Assembly: GCA_026625185.1 (NCBI GenBank)
Contig: CP113000.1
Location: forward strand, 2,043,124 to 2,107,123
Direction of reading: 5' to 3'
Source: Thermodesulfobacteriota bacterium
GTDB taxonomy: Bacteria; Desulfobacterota; WTBG01; JAGOGO01
DNA length: 64,000 nucleotides
The position numbers and the translations under genes were made by a program. Of the stretch, positions 10,067 to 20,488 are shown one piece after another (position 1 is the first letter of the stretch; each line of letters opens with the position of its first letter). The notes below the pieces were generated by a model, which saw only the letters and a program-made list of their open reading frames with translations, did no database searches and had not been told where the DNA came from.

Positions 10067-11166
10067 TGATAAAATTTCTTGATGAGTACCGCGATCCGGA
10101 ATTGGCTCAGCGTTTAGTTGAGAAAATCCGTAACCGTGCTATCCGGAGTTTGAGGCTTATGGAGTTTTGCGGCGGCCATACCGTAGCGATCATGAAATAT
10201 GGTCTTCGCCGGCTTCTTTTTCCCCCGGTGGAATTGCTTTCGGGGCCAGGCTGTCCGGTCTGTGTTACGGCCAATGTCGACATTGATAAAGCAATCGCTT
10301 TAGCCCAAAAACCGGAAATAATTTTAACTACCTTTGGCGATATGCTCAAAGTGCCGGGCAGTTATTCCAGCCTCCAAAAAACAAGGGCTGAGGGCGGTGA
10401 TATAAGGATTGTTTACTCGGCGCAAGATGCTTTAGAGATCGCCCAAGGAAATCCGGACAAAAAAGTTGTCTTTTTGGGTATTGGTTTTGAGACCACTGCC
10501 CCTACCATTGCTGCCTCGATTCTTGAGGCTAAAAGCCGGGAGATCAAAAACTATTATGTCCTGTCCCTGCATAAACTCTGCCCCCCGGTGATCAAAGCGC
10601 TTCTTGATTCAGGAGAAACTAGACTCGACGGTATCATCCTGCCCGGGCATGTAAGCGCTATTATCGGCTCCTATCCTTATGAATTTATCCCCTGCGATTA
10701 TGGTATTGGCGGTGTTGTTGCCGGGTTTGAGCCTTTGGACCTTCTGCTGGCAGTGGAAATGCTTATCGCTCAGATCGAAAACCAAAAACCCACGATCGAG
10801 ATCGCTTACCGGAGAGGAGTTAAAACCGAGGGAAATAAAAGGGCACGGGAGATAATGGAAATGGTATTTGATATTACCGAGGCTAACTGGCGGGGACTTG
10901 GCCGGGTGCAGGCAAGCGGTCTCACGCTTAAGCGGGAATATCAAGACTTTGATGCTGAAGCTTCTTTTGTTCTGGAAGCAGCTCCGGCAAAAGAACCCGA
11001 AGGATGCGTGTGCGGAGAAATTCTACGGGGCATTAAAACGCCGCTCAATTGTAAACTTTTCGGCAAACAGTGCACTCCTGAACAGCCGGTTGGACCCTGC
11101 ATGGTTTCTTCGGAAGGTTCTTGCGCGGCTTATTATTTATATGGCGGGTCAAACAATGGAAGATAG
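10066..11166 (+). CDS. hypD: Hydrogenase maturation factor HypD
   Basis: CGGHT, GPGCPVCV and FETTAP motifs. The C-terminal Cys cluster is CxxC...C. Confidence 0.9.
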   Translation: MIKFLDEYRDPELAQRLVEKIRNRAIRSLRLMEFCGGHTVAIMKYGLRRLLFPPVELLSGPGCPVCVTANVDIDKAIALAQKPEIILTTFGDMLKVPGSYSSLQKTRAEGGDIRIVYSAQDALEIAQGNPDKKVVFLGIGFETTAPTIAASILEAKSREIKNYYVLSLHKLCPPVIKALLDSGETRLDGIILPGHVSAIIGSYPYEFIPCDYGIGGVVAGFEPLDLLLAVEMLIAQIENQKPTIEIAYRRGVKTEGNKRAREIMEMVFDITEANWRGLGRVQASGLTLKREYQDFDAEASFVLEAAPAKEPEGCVCGEILRGIKTPLNCKLFGKQCTPEQPVGPCMVSSEGSCAAYYLYGGSNNGR

Positions 11167-12160
11167 AATAATCCTTGCACATGGAAGTGGCGGAAAACTG
11201 AGCCATGACTTAATAAAAGATTTATTGCTTCGGGAATTAGGAAATCCTTGCCTGAACCTTTTAGATGATGCCGCCACTTTAACACTCAATGGCCGCCTCG
11301 CCTTTACTACTGATAGCTATGTGGTTAGTCCGCTTTTTTTCCCGGGAGGAGATATTGGGAAACTGGCAGTCTGTGGAACGGTCAATGACCTCTCGATGGT
11401 GGGGGCTATTCCTAAGTATGTGAGCCTTTCGCTGATAATCGAGGAAGGATTTTTATTAAAGGAGCTGAAAAAAATAATTTCCTCCATTCATACTACCGCG
11501 CAAAAAGCAGGAGTGGAAGTGGTTACCGGCGATACAAAAGTGGTTAATCGCGGATCAGCCGATAAGCTTTTTATCAATACCGCGGGTATCGGGATTATTC
11601 CTGATGGGGTGGAACTCTCCGGATCAAATGCCAAGATTGGCGATAAAATAATCCTGAGCGGTCCCCTTGGCGATCATGGGATTGCAATTCTTTGTCAACG
11701 GGAGGGCCTTAAGTTTAAAACGTCCCTTGAAAGTGATTGTGCTCCCTTAAACACGCTGGTCGCTGATATGTTAGAAGCATCAAAAGAGATTCACGTTCTT
11801 CGTGATCCAACCCGGGGTGGTCTGGCAAGCACGCTTAATGAGTTTGCCGAAAGTTCTAAGGTAGGAATAAAAATCGCGGAAGATAAAATACCCGTTAGGG
11901 ACGCCGTGCGGGCAGCTTGCGAACTTTTAGGATTTGATCCGCTTTACGTAGCCAATGAAGGGAAATTGGTGGCAGTGGTTTGTTCTCAAGCTGCAGAAAA
12001 AGTTTTGTCTAAGATGCAAAAAAACGAACAGGCAACTCAAGCAGCAATAATTGGTGAAATTGTGGCTGACCACCCTGGAAAAGTGGTCATGAAGACCCAG
12101 TTTGGCTCCTCGCGGATTATTAGTATGTTGGCAGGAGAGTTGTTGCCCCGAATTTGCTGA
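11156..12160 (+). CDS. hypE: Hydrogenase maturation factor HypE
   Basis: AIR-synthase-like fold starting MEDRIILAHGSGGKLS. The track ORF 10868..12160 is an upstream extension in the same frame that overlaps hypD. The start at 11156 overlaps the hypD stop by 11 nt. Confidence 0.8.
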   Translation: MEDRIILAHGSGGKLSHDLIKDLLLRELGNPCLNLLDDAATLTLNGRLAFTTDSYVVSPLFFPGGDIGKLAVCGTVNDLSMVGAIPKYVSLSLIIEEGFLLKELKKIISSIHTTAQKAGVEVVTGDTKVVNRGSADKLFINTAGIGIIPDGVELSGSNAKIGDKIILSGPLGDHGIAILCQREGLKFKTSLESDCAPLNTLVADMLEASKEIHVLRDPTRGGLASTLNEFAESSKVGIKIAEDKIPVRDAVRAACELLGFDPLYVANEGKLVAVVCSQAAEKVLSKMQKNEQATQAAIIGEIVADHPGKVVMKTQFGSSRIISMLAGELLPRIC

Positions 12161-12417
12161 AACAGTTTAAGAAAATTTACCTGATAGAATTTTTACAGGT
12201 TGTCAAAAAAAGTTATAATTCTTCTTTTCCCCGATCTTATTATTCCCGTCCATAGAACTTTCTCGCCTGATTTACTCCTTTTTTGTAAGGAACCTAGTTG
12301 ACATTTTACTTTTGAAAATTTGTTTAATAATTATCTCGTTATAAAGTAAAAAAATTAGAAAATGGAATTATGACCCGGTCTCGGGAAAAATGAAAATGAA
12401 GGAGAAAAAATAGGGAG

Positions 12418-12448
12418 AATTTTACTGTTAGGTATAAATTATGCTTGT
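12418..12448 (+). promoter_or_regulatory. Conserved promoter-like motif AATTTTACTGTTAGGTATAAATTATGCTT upstream of the fdh operon. It has sigma-54-like GG-N10-GC spacing and alternatively reads as a -10-like GGTATAAA.
   Basis: Nearly identical to 22106..22136 upstream of the hydrogenase operon. GG and GC are 10 nt apart, as in TGGCAC-N5-TTGCW. Confidence 0.35.
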
Positions 12449-12959
12449 TGGAAAATGCTTGTTGGGGAAAAGAACAAAGCTGACACTGGATTTGGGTAAA
12501 TAATTAATCCGGAGTTGGCACATAGTCAAAGCGTAAAACGATGATTTTGTTTTCTGCCCGTGGTAAGGATGTCGGCTTCATGAAAAATCCCTCAGTACTG
12601 TCATTTTGGGCAACTTGACGATTTTTTTTATAAAACTTGTAAAAAGGATAAGGTTTCTTCCCGCAGCCGAAAAACCAGGGTCAGCAAAATCGGACTTTTT
12701 GCGAAGCTGTCGAGGGTAATTAATTTGGGAAAAATATGGGGCAGGGGTAGAGATTTCTTTGAATGCGGTAAAATTTATGATAACCTCGCCTACCAAGTTA
12801 AGTATTGCAGTTGAATAGAGCCATTAAGAGACAAAGTATAAAGAAGTCACTTTCGATAACCACCGATAAACCGAGAGAAAATTCGATTTATTAAGTGATA
12901 CTAATTTTTTTATATTTTTATAGTTCACTCTGATTCCAGGTAAAAAAAGGAGTTTAATT

Positions 12960-15659
12960 GTGCAAGAAATTAAGTTCACCATCAATGGAAAAGATGTGAC
13001 AGGGGGAAAGGGCCAAACTATTCTTGAGATTGCTTTGAAAAATGGATTTGATATCCCATACTTATGTTATCATCCCAAGATCAGCAAAACCGGTGCTTGT
13101 CGTATGTGTATTGTTCGGGTTAATGAGGTAATGTTAAAAACAGCCTGCACAGAGCCGGCAATGGAGGGGATGAAAGTAATTACTGAGGATGAAGAGATAA
13201 TAAAAATAAGAAAGGGGATTTTAGAACTCCTTCTTGCCGAAGGCGACCATAATTGCCTTTATTGTGATGCCAATGGTGCATGTGAATTACAGACCCTTGT
13301 ACACCGATATAATATTGATCAGGTAGCTTACGAATATCCTAAACGAAACCGCGAGATTGATTATGAATCGAGTGAGGGTCTGAAGAGAAATGAAAACAGA
13401 TGCATCCTCTGTGGAAGATGTGTGAAGGCATGTGGGGAGATCCAGTTATCAAATGTGTGGAGTTTTACTGATAGAGGAGGTCATACTCACCTTACCTCAG
13501 GTTTATATGAAAAGATCGGGGATTCGAGTTGTGTTAAATGCGGCGCATGTGTTCAGTTGTGTCCCACTGGTTCCCTTTCATTCCAGACGGTCCTTGGGAG
13601 AGGTGAAAATTGGGAACTCACAAAGGAATCAAGCATCTGTATTTACTGCGGGGTTGGATGTAAGATTGACTACTATAAAAACAAGGAGGGTCTACTTGTA
13701 AAGACTATTGGTCATGATGATGGACCCAACCGGGGACATCTCTGCGTTAAGGGAAGATTTGGATTTGATTTTATTCAGAACGGAAAGAGATTATCAAAAC
13801 CCCTTATCAAGCGAAACGGTGTATTCGAGGAGGCAAGCTGGGATGAAGCCCTCGATCTTGTTGCCAGTAAGTTTATTGAGATAAAAGACAAGTATGGTCC
13901 TGATTCTATTGCTGCACTATCTTCAGCGAAATGCACAAATGAAGAGAATTATTTGATGCAAAAAATTATGCGGGCAGTAATCGGGACGAATAATGTAGAT
14001 CACTGCGCTCGTCTCTGACACAGCTCAACCGTCGCCGGTCTGGCGGCTGTATTTGGTTCCGGAGCAATGACTAACTCTATCCGTGAGGTGCCTCTTTCAG
14101 AAGGTTTTCTGGTAATAGGTTCCAACACCACAGAAAACCACCCGGTCATCGGTTCGATGATAATGAAAGAAGTGATTAATCAGGGCAAGAAGCTGATAGT
14201 AGTCGACCCCCGTGAGATTGAGCTTTCCCGATATGCCGATTATTATTTTCAAATCAAGCCAGGTACAAATATCGCGATCCTCAACGGTTTTATGCATGTG
14301 CTGATTAAGGAAGGAATTTTCAATAAAGAATACGTCGAGAAGCGGTGCGAAGGCTTTGAGGCGATGGCGAAAATCCTTGAGAAATATAACCCTGAATTTG
14401 TCGCAGAGATTTGCGGAATTGATAATCCGGAAGATATTGTTAAAGCAGCGCGTCTCATGGCGCAGCTAAAACCTATGGCTCTCTATTATGCAATGGGGAT
14501 TACCCAGTTTGTCTCAGGGGTAAATGGCGTAAAGTCTACGGCAAACCTTCAGATGCTCCTCGGTAATTTAGGCATCCCGGGTGGAGGAGTTAATCCCTTG
14601 CGGGGACAGAATAATGTGCAAGGCGCATGCGATATGGGCGCGCTTAATGCGGTGTATCCCGCATATCAACCGGTTGCAAGTGAGGAGAATAAAGAAAAGT
14701 TTGAAAAGGCATGGGGTGTTTCAGGATTGCCTACCAAACCGGGTCTTACCATAGTTGAGATGTTTAATGCTGCAGTTGCCGGAAATTTAAAGGCAGTATA
14801 TGAGATGGGCGAGAACCCTGTGATGTCCGATCCCAATCAACACCATGTGATTGAAGCGCTTGAAGCTCTGAATTTTTTTGTTGTTCAGGATATTTTTTTT
14901 ACGGAGACAGCCCAGTATGCTGATGTGGTATTACCGGCATGTTCGTTTCTCGAAAAAGAGGGAACGGTAACCAATACCGAGAGAAGGATTCAACCCATGC
15001 ACAGGGTGCTTCCGCCCTGGGGTGACGCGAGGGATGATTGGTGGATCACCATGCAGATAGCCAATAGAATGGGCGCACAATGGGATTATAAAAAGCCTGA
15101 GGATATCTTTGAGGAGATAAGGATGGTTACTCCCTCCTATGCGGGAATCACGTATGAAAGGGTTGAGAAGGAACTGATACAGTGGCCATGCCCTGCGAAA
15201 GATCATCCGGGAACACAGTATCTGCACAAGGAAAAGTTTTCACGGGGACTTGGTTTACTTACGGGGATAGATTATACCCCGCCGGCAGAAGAAACCGACA
15301 CTGACTATCCTGTAATCCTGACGACCGGACGTATCCTCGAACATTTTCATACCGGAACCATGACCAGAAACTCAAAAATTCTTGATGAGATTGTGCCTGA
15401 GGGATTTGTGGAAATTCATCCCAACGATGCAAAAATTTATAACATCACGGATGGCGAAGTTATATCTATATCTTCGAGGAGGGGTAGCATCAGAATTAGG
15501 GCAAGGGTTACGGATAGGTCGAAACCCAATGTGGTTTTTATTCCATTTCATTTCTTCGAAGCGGCTGCGAACGAACTGACTATAGATGCTCTTGATCCGA
15601 CATGTAAGATCCCGGAGTACAAAGTGTGCTCTTGCAAGATTGAAAAAATTTATCTGTAA
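12960..15659 (+). CDS. fdhA: Formate dehydrogenase alpha subunit, a selenocysteine-containing molybdopterin enzyme with an N-terminal 2Fe-2S/4Fe-4S NuoG-like domain. Single gene read through the in-frame TGA at 14016..14018.
   Basis: The track splits it into 12960..14018 and 14067..15659 in the same frame. The sequence around the TGA reads [31 protein letters not shown], matching the FdhF active-site context CARV-U-HGPSVAGL. The N-terminus has ferredoxin-type Cys clusters. The C-terminus is MopB_CT-like. GTG start with an AAGGAG RBS. Confidence 0.85.
14016..14060 (+). promoter_or_regulatory. Sec codon (UGA) plus downstream SECIS-like hairpin GUCGCC-GGUCU-GGCGGC
   Basis: The hairpin starts about 13 nt 3' of the UGA. 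The GGUCU apical region resembles the E. coli fdhF SECIS loop. Confidence 0.5.
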
Positions 15660-15674
15660 AGGCGGTGATGGGAG

Positions 15675-17498
15675 ATGTTAACAACAGAGGACATTAAAGG
15701 CGTAATCGAGAAAAGAGGAAGCTCAAAAGAACATCTTATGTTTATATTGCGGGATCTCGAGAATATTTCTGGTAATAATCAACTTGAAATTGATGTGTTG
15801 GAGAAAGTAGCTGAGATAACAAAAATCCCAAAGAGCACCATTGCAGGTTTTGTGGGCTTCTACACCATGTTCAAGACAAATCCCAGGGCACCCTTTATTA
15901 TAAGGGTTTGCAAGTCAGGGCCTTGTCATGTTATGGGGGCAAGAACAATTTTTGATGCAGTAGAGCGAAATTTAGGCATTAAGCCTGGAGAAGCAACCCC
16001 TGATGGTCTGTTTTACCTTGAACAGTGTGAATGCCTTGGTGTTTGTTCGGTAGCCCCTGCTATGATGATAAACTACGATATCCATGGTAACCTTACTGAG
16101 AAAAAAATAAAACAAATTTTAGAGTCTTATAAATCCCAAAAGGCAATTTTTGGAGAAAAATGCGGGCCGGAGGTAGAAGGAAAGGCTTGCGTTATTGATG
16201 ATGATAGACAGACAAAGAGACTTTTAGTCATGGTCGGCAAAGTCGACCCTCTTAGCATTGACAGTTATATAAAAAATGGCGGTTATGCCGCGATAAGAAA
16301 GGCCATCAGAGAATATTCTTCAGATGATGTGATCAATATTGTGAAGGATTCAGGGCTCAGTGGCAGAGGTGGCGCGGGATTCCCGGCAGGGTTAAAGTGG
16401 TCATTTATGCCGAAGGGGGATATGCAAAAGTACGTAATTTGTAATGCCGACGAAGGGGAACCGGGAACTTTTAAAGACAGGGTTCTGATGGAGGAAAATC
16501 CTCACTTGATTATTGAGGGGATGCTGCTTTGCGGATATGCGACCGGCGCCACCGTTGGTTATATTTACGTGCGAGGGGAATTCAGGCGCGCTATTGAAAG
16601 ACTTCAAAGAGCCATTGACCAGGCAAGAGAAAGCCGAATGTTGGGGAAGCACCTTTCCGGTTCGACATTCAGCTTTGATATTTTCATCAAAGAAGGTGGT
16701 GGGGCGTATGTATGCGGTGAGGAATCATCGCTTATGAATTCAATGGAAGGCAAGCGGGGTTTTCCGCGGTTCAGACCACCATTTCCCGCGGGTGCTGGTT
16801 TTATGGGGATGCCGTCGAACGTCAATAATGTTGAGACATACGCATCGGTCCCGATGATTATTGAGCATGGTGCCACGTGGTATAAGTCACTGGGCACAGA
16901 AAAGTGCTCTGGAACAAAACTTTACTGCCTATCCGGTAAGCTGAACAGAACAGGGCTGGTTGAACTGCCCATGGGGACAACCCTTCGTGAACTCATTGAT
17001 ATATATGGTAAAGGCATTAAAGATGGAAAAACCTTTAAATTTGCCCAGGTGGGCGGTTCAGCTGGGGGCGTTTTTGGTGAGGATTTGCTTGACCTCCCTC
17101 TTGATATAGATCAGACAATAAAAGCTGGTGTTACGCTTGGTTCCGGAGTTGTGCTTGCGTGCGATAAGGATACCTGTGCGGTTGATTTTCTTCTAAATAT
17201 AATCAGTTTTTTTGCGCACGAATCCTGTGGTCAGTGTGTCCCTTGCAGGGTCGGGACATCACAGTTACACTTTCTTGCAAAGAAATTTGCAATGAGGACA
17301 GCAGTAGAAAAGGATATTGATTCTATGATTGAAAAAGCACAGTTGATGAAGCAGGCTTCTCTTTGTGCGCTCGGGCAATCACCTATATTACCTATTACAA
17401 CCACATTGAAATATTTCAGGGAGGAGTTTTTGAATCACTGTAATACAAGATACAGTTGCCCTGAGTGTGACATGACGTTGGAAAGGTTTTACAGGTAA
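15675..17498 (+). CDS. fdhB: Formate dehydrogenase beta (diaphorase) subunit, a NuoE-like 2Fe-2S domain fused to a NuoF-like FMN/NAD(H)-binding 4Fe-4S domain
   Basis: The N-terminal thioredoxin-like 2Fe-2S Cys pattern is CKSGPC...CECLGVC. It is followed by GRGGAGFPAGLKW and CNADEGEPGTFKDR (NuoF 51-kDa signatures) and a C-terminal CGQCVPCR. Confidence 0.8.
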   Translation: MLTTEDIKGVIEKRGSSKEHLMFILRDLENISGNNQLEIDVLEKVAEITKIPKSTIAGFVGFYTMFKTNPRAPFIIRVCKSGPCHVMGARTIFDAVERNLGIKPGEATPDGLFYLEQCECLGVCSVAPAMMINYDIHGNLTEKKIKQILESYKSQKAIFGEKCGPEVEGKACVIDDDRQTKRLLVMVGKVDPLSIDSYIKNGGYAAIRKAIREYSSDDVINIVKDSGLSGRGGAGFPAGLKWSFMPKGDMQKYVICNADEGEPGTFKDRVLMEENPHLIIEGMLLCGYATGATVGYIYVRGEFRRAIERLQRAIDQARESRMLGKHLSGSTFSFDIFIKEGGGAYVCGEESSLMNSMEGKRGFPRFRPPFPAGAGFMGMPSNVNNVETYASVPMIIEHGATWYKSLGTEKCSGTKLYCLSGKLNRTGLVELPMGTTLRELIDIYGKGIKDGKTFKFAQVGGSAGGVFGEDLLDLPLDIDQTIKAGVTLGSGVVLACDKDTCAVDFLLNIISFFAHESCGQCVPCRVGTSQLHFLAKKFAMRTAVEKDIDSMIEKAQLMKQASLCALGQSPILPITTTLKYFREEFLNHCNTRYSCPECDMTLERFYR

Positions 17499-17533
17499 AA
17501 AAATAACATTTAATTCTTGATAAGGAGAAAGAG

Positions 17534-18352
17534 ATGGCTCATAAACCTGTAGAAATTGTTGAGTTGGCTGGAGATGCTGGGAAATACAAGGGAAATCTGA
17601 CGCCGGGAAACTGGTTGATAAGGAGTTTCATGGCGGGACTTTTTATTGCGGTGGGCGGAGCCCTTGCCACGGTCTGTTCCACCGGGACAACAATTCCGGG
17701 CATTAAATCCCTCATTGCCGGGGCGGTCTTCCCGGTCGGCCTCATCGCGATTGTTATTACTGGTATGTCGCTTTTTACCGGTGATACCATGCTGATTCCC
17801 ATGGCGGTATTTCAGAAAAAAACCACCTGGGGAAAAGTTTTTAACGGGTGGTTATGGGTTTATATCGGAAATTTCATCGGTTCGCTTTTCTGGGCTTATA
17901 TAATGGCGGTTGGGCCTTTCTGCAAGGGGGGTGGTTCGGAGCTAACCATTTTCGGTCAAAGTGCGATTGCAATATCCGAAGCAAAAACATTACCTTATAT
18001 GACGGTCGGCGGTATGGGACTCTGGTCGGCATTCATGAAGGGCATCGCCTGCAACCTGCTCGTGAACGTTGCCATCTTGCTGGCACTTTCATCGAAGAGT
18101 ATGGTGGGTAAGTTTTTCGGGATCTGGTTCCCGATCATGGCCTTCGTATCATCAGGCTTTGAACACTGCGTGGCCAATATGTATTTTATTCCTGTGGGAA
18201 TAATGATGGGTGCAAATGTTAGTTGGGGTCAGTTCATCCAATGGAACCTGATCCCGGTTACTCTCGGCAATATCGTCGGAGGGTTCGTATTTATCGGTGC
18301 GGTCTATTTCTGGTCATTTAAGAAGGAACTATCCACTGTAGCTCAAACCTAA
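17534..18352 (+). CDS. focA: Formate/nitrite transporter family channel (FocA/NirC-like)
   Basis: Six-TM protein with FNT-family signatures (GMSLFTGDTM, NLLVNVAI, FEHCVANMYFIP). Directly follows fdhB. Confidence 0.8.
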   Translation: MAHKPVEIVELAGDAGKYKGNLTPGNWLIRSFMAGLFIAVGGALATVCSTGTTIPGIKSLIAGAVFPVGLIAIVITGMSLFTGDTMLIPMAVFQKKTTWGKVFNGWLWVYIGNFIGSLFWAYIMAVGPFCKGGGSELTIFGQSAIAISEAKTLPYMTVGGMGLWSAFMKGIACNLLVNVAILLALSSKSMVGKFFGIWFPIMAFVSSGFEHCVANMYFIPVGIMMGANVSWGQFIQWNLIPVTLGNIVGGFVFIGAVYFWSFKKELSTVAQT

Positions 18353-18421
18353 ACAATGCCCGGCCGAAAATGATCGGTTTGTATCATGTGCTTGAAAGTG
18401 GGAACAAAATTTAAATAACGT

Positions 18422-18463
18422 AAACAAATGCCCCGACCACCAAATGGTCGGGGCATTTGTTTT
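18422..18463. terminator. Perfect hairpin AAACAAATGCCCCGACCA-ccaaa-TGGTCGGGGCATTTGTTT followed by TTATT, between convergent focA and the CBS gene
   Basis: Read directly in the sequence. 18-bp stem. Confidence 0.7.
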
Positions 18464-18551
18464 ATTCTGTCAAATATCAAAAAGACGCTTCCTACCACCA
18501 GGGCGTAAGCCCGTGGGCATCTACATCTCTTAAGGTTGTACAGGAGGTTAT

Positions 18552-19312
18552 ACGTACTTTCCTGCAATTTAGTCACTTAGTTGTGCGATAAGACTTTCTT
18601 TTTCATAGATGATTGCCTTTATCGCATCCCCGATAGAAATTAATCCAACCAACTTATTTTTGTCAAAAACAGGTAGATGTCTTACATGCTTACCCGTCAT
18701 AAGCACCATGCATTCTTCAACGGTGTTTTCAGGTTTTACAATGAGCGGAGGTGAGGTCATGATTTCTTGAACGAGGGTATCTCTTGACGTTCTCCCTTTC
18801 AGAATAATCTTCCTCGCGTAATCTCGTTCTGAGACGATACCGATTATCTTTCCCTTTTCTATAACTACTAAAGCCCCGATGTCCTTTTCCCCCTTGATAT
18901 GCAGTGCCTCAAACACCGTGGCAGTTGGTGAGATTGACCAGACCTCATTTTTTTTTCTCTTTCAGAATGTCGTTGACGGTTTTCATAATTTGCCTCCTTC
19001 TCAAAAAAATATTGTTATATTGTCAAGATGTTTTGCAGTCATTATTAAGTCCATCGGGCGATACACATATTAAAAACCTAAAAAAGTACCTCCGCGCAAA
19101 AAAGTATTTTATTTTAAAAACTTACCTATCTTAAAATCATTGCTTTACGGAGTTTATTTTTCAAGTCAGATTTTTTTACAGAACCTCAAACAAGAGGTCC
19201 TTAAAATGTTTGCATTTTTTCCCTATTTTGCTCGAAGACCTTAGTTTTTTATGCAAAAGATGATTTTATAGGGTGGAAAAAATATTGTTTTTTTGTATTC
19301 TTAAAATAAAAA
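18552..19312. repeat. Segmental duplication, copy 1: the 3' end of the CBS gene plus its about 300-bp upstream AT-rich region
   Basis: 18552..18660 aligns with 21650..21740 and 19025..19312 aligns with 21770..22092, at roughly 80-85% identity. Confidence 0.6.
18569..18916 (-). CDS. CBS-pair domain protein
   Basis: Two CBS motifs (IMTSPPLIVKPENTV..HLPV and KLVGLISIGDAIK). On the minus strand upstream there is TTGACA..., a GGAGG RBS, then the ATG. Confidence 0.75.
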   Translation of the reverse strand: MFEALHIKGEKDIGALVVIEKGKIIGIVSERDYARKIILKGRTSRDTLVQEIMTSPPLIVKPENTVEECMVLMTGKHVRHLPVFDKNKLVGLISIGDAIKAIIYEKESLIAQLSD

Positions 19313-19870
19313 TATAAAAAAAATATGGGTAAAGTTTAAAATTCCGGACCAACAATGGGGAAAACATCAAGTAGGAATTAAATTACACTGTCAGAAATGT
19401 TCAAGTGCGAGATACCTGTCTCTTGTTGACGTTTTTCATTACGATAACTGTAAGTTCTCATTAAAACTTCAACTCTATTGAAAGAAAAATTTGTTTCGAG
19501 TGATTGGATATATTATCATGAGCTTTACAGCTAAATTATGGACGGGGTATTAGTACTAATGATTTTGATATGGGGAATGTCGGTTAATACTCTTTCTTAA
19601 GAGTGATTACCAAGGGATATTGGTTTAATCTGTACCCCCATTTTTTAACCCGCTTCTTCTCAGACCTGATTGGCCACTTTCAAAAGAAGGACCGATAATC
19701 GGGATTGGGACAATTGGGCCATCTATTTGTTATTCTTTAAATTACGAAGCATATGTCCTGACCGAGAGTTCACCAATTGCCTGTTACAACCATGAAATCC
19801 GCTTTTAAATTGTTTCAACCTATTATAAAAACTGATAAAATTACAAACGGTTTTTTACGGTGTAGTCTCA

Positions 19871-20488
19871 ATGTGTAGCCTCAATAATTTTAGAAACACC
19901 ATGGCCAGTGTTATTCTTGCGGGCGGTGAAAGCTCTCGAATGGGTAAAAATAAGGCTTTTATTGAGGTTAACGGCGTCCGTATGATAGATCGTACGGTAT
20001 CCCTTTTAAAAGAAATTTTTGACGAAGTTATACTGGTTACCAATTCACCTTTTGAATTCCTAGATCTCGACATCAAGATAGTAAAAGACCTTATCCCAAA
20101 GATAGGTCCTCTGGGAGGCATTTATACGGGTCTTTTTTTCTCATCTTCACCGAAAGCCTTTTTTGTTGGCTGTGATATGCCATTCCTTAACAAAGAAGTT
20201 ATCCAATATTTCCTTGACTTAGCTGAGACAGCGGAGATTGTAGTTCATCGACTAAATGACTATTGGGAGCCCCTCCATGCGGTTTATTCCCGCAGTTTTA
20301 TGAAATCAATTGAAAGACTTATTGAGCTAGGTGAACGAAAAATAATAAAAGGCTATAAATGGACAAAAGTGCATGAAGTAACGAGAGAAGAACTTACGCT
20401 CTTGGACCCGGACTTGCGCTCGTTGCTTAATTTTAATACCCCCGAGGAGTTAAAAAAACTTTTGGATATATACACACCATATGGGTAG
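19871..20488 (+). CDS. mobA: Molybdenum cofactor guanylyltransferase MobA-like nucleotidyltransferase
   Basis: VILAGGESSRMGKNKAF at the N-terminus, about 195 aa, MobA-like fold. The start may be the internal ATG at 19901. Confidence 0.7.
   Translation: MCSLNNFRNTMASVILAGGESSRMGKNKAFIEVNGVRMIDRTVSLLKEIFDEVILVTNSPFEFLDLDIKIVKDLIPKIGPLGGIYTGLFFSSSPKAFFVGCDMPFLNKEVIQYFLDLAETAEIVVHRLNDYWEPLHAVYSRSFMKSIERLIELGERKIIKGYKWTKVHEVTREELTLLDPDLRSLLNFNTPEELKKLLDIYTPYG

Noticed and set aside
10868-11155. Upstream extension of the HypE ORF to an ATG at 10868
   Set aside because: The extension lies entirely inside hypD in another frame and has no HypE homology. The conserved HypE N-terminus (MEDRIILAHGSGG) begins at 11156.
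12180-12230. Sigma-70-like TTGTCA ... TATAAT pair downstream of hypE
   Set aside because: The spacer between the two hexamers is only about 8 nt, far from the 16-18 nt required.
18349-18576. 75-aa minus-strand ORF between focA and the CBS gene
   Set aside because: It spans the 42-bp perfect terminator hairpin. Its composition is rich in Cys, Arg and Leu from a GC-skewed palindrome. There is no RBS. Most likely non-coding.
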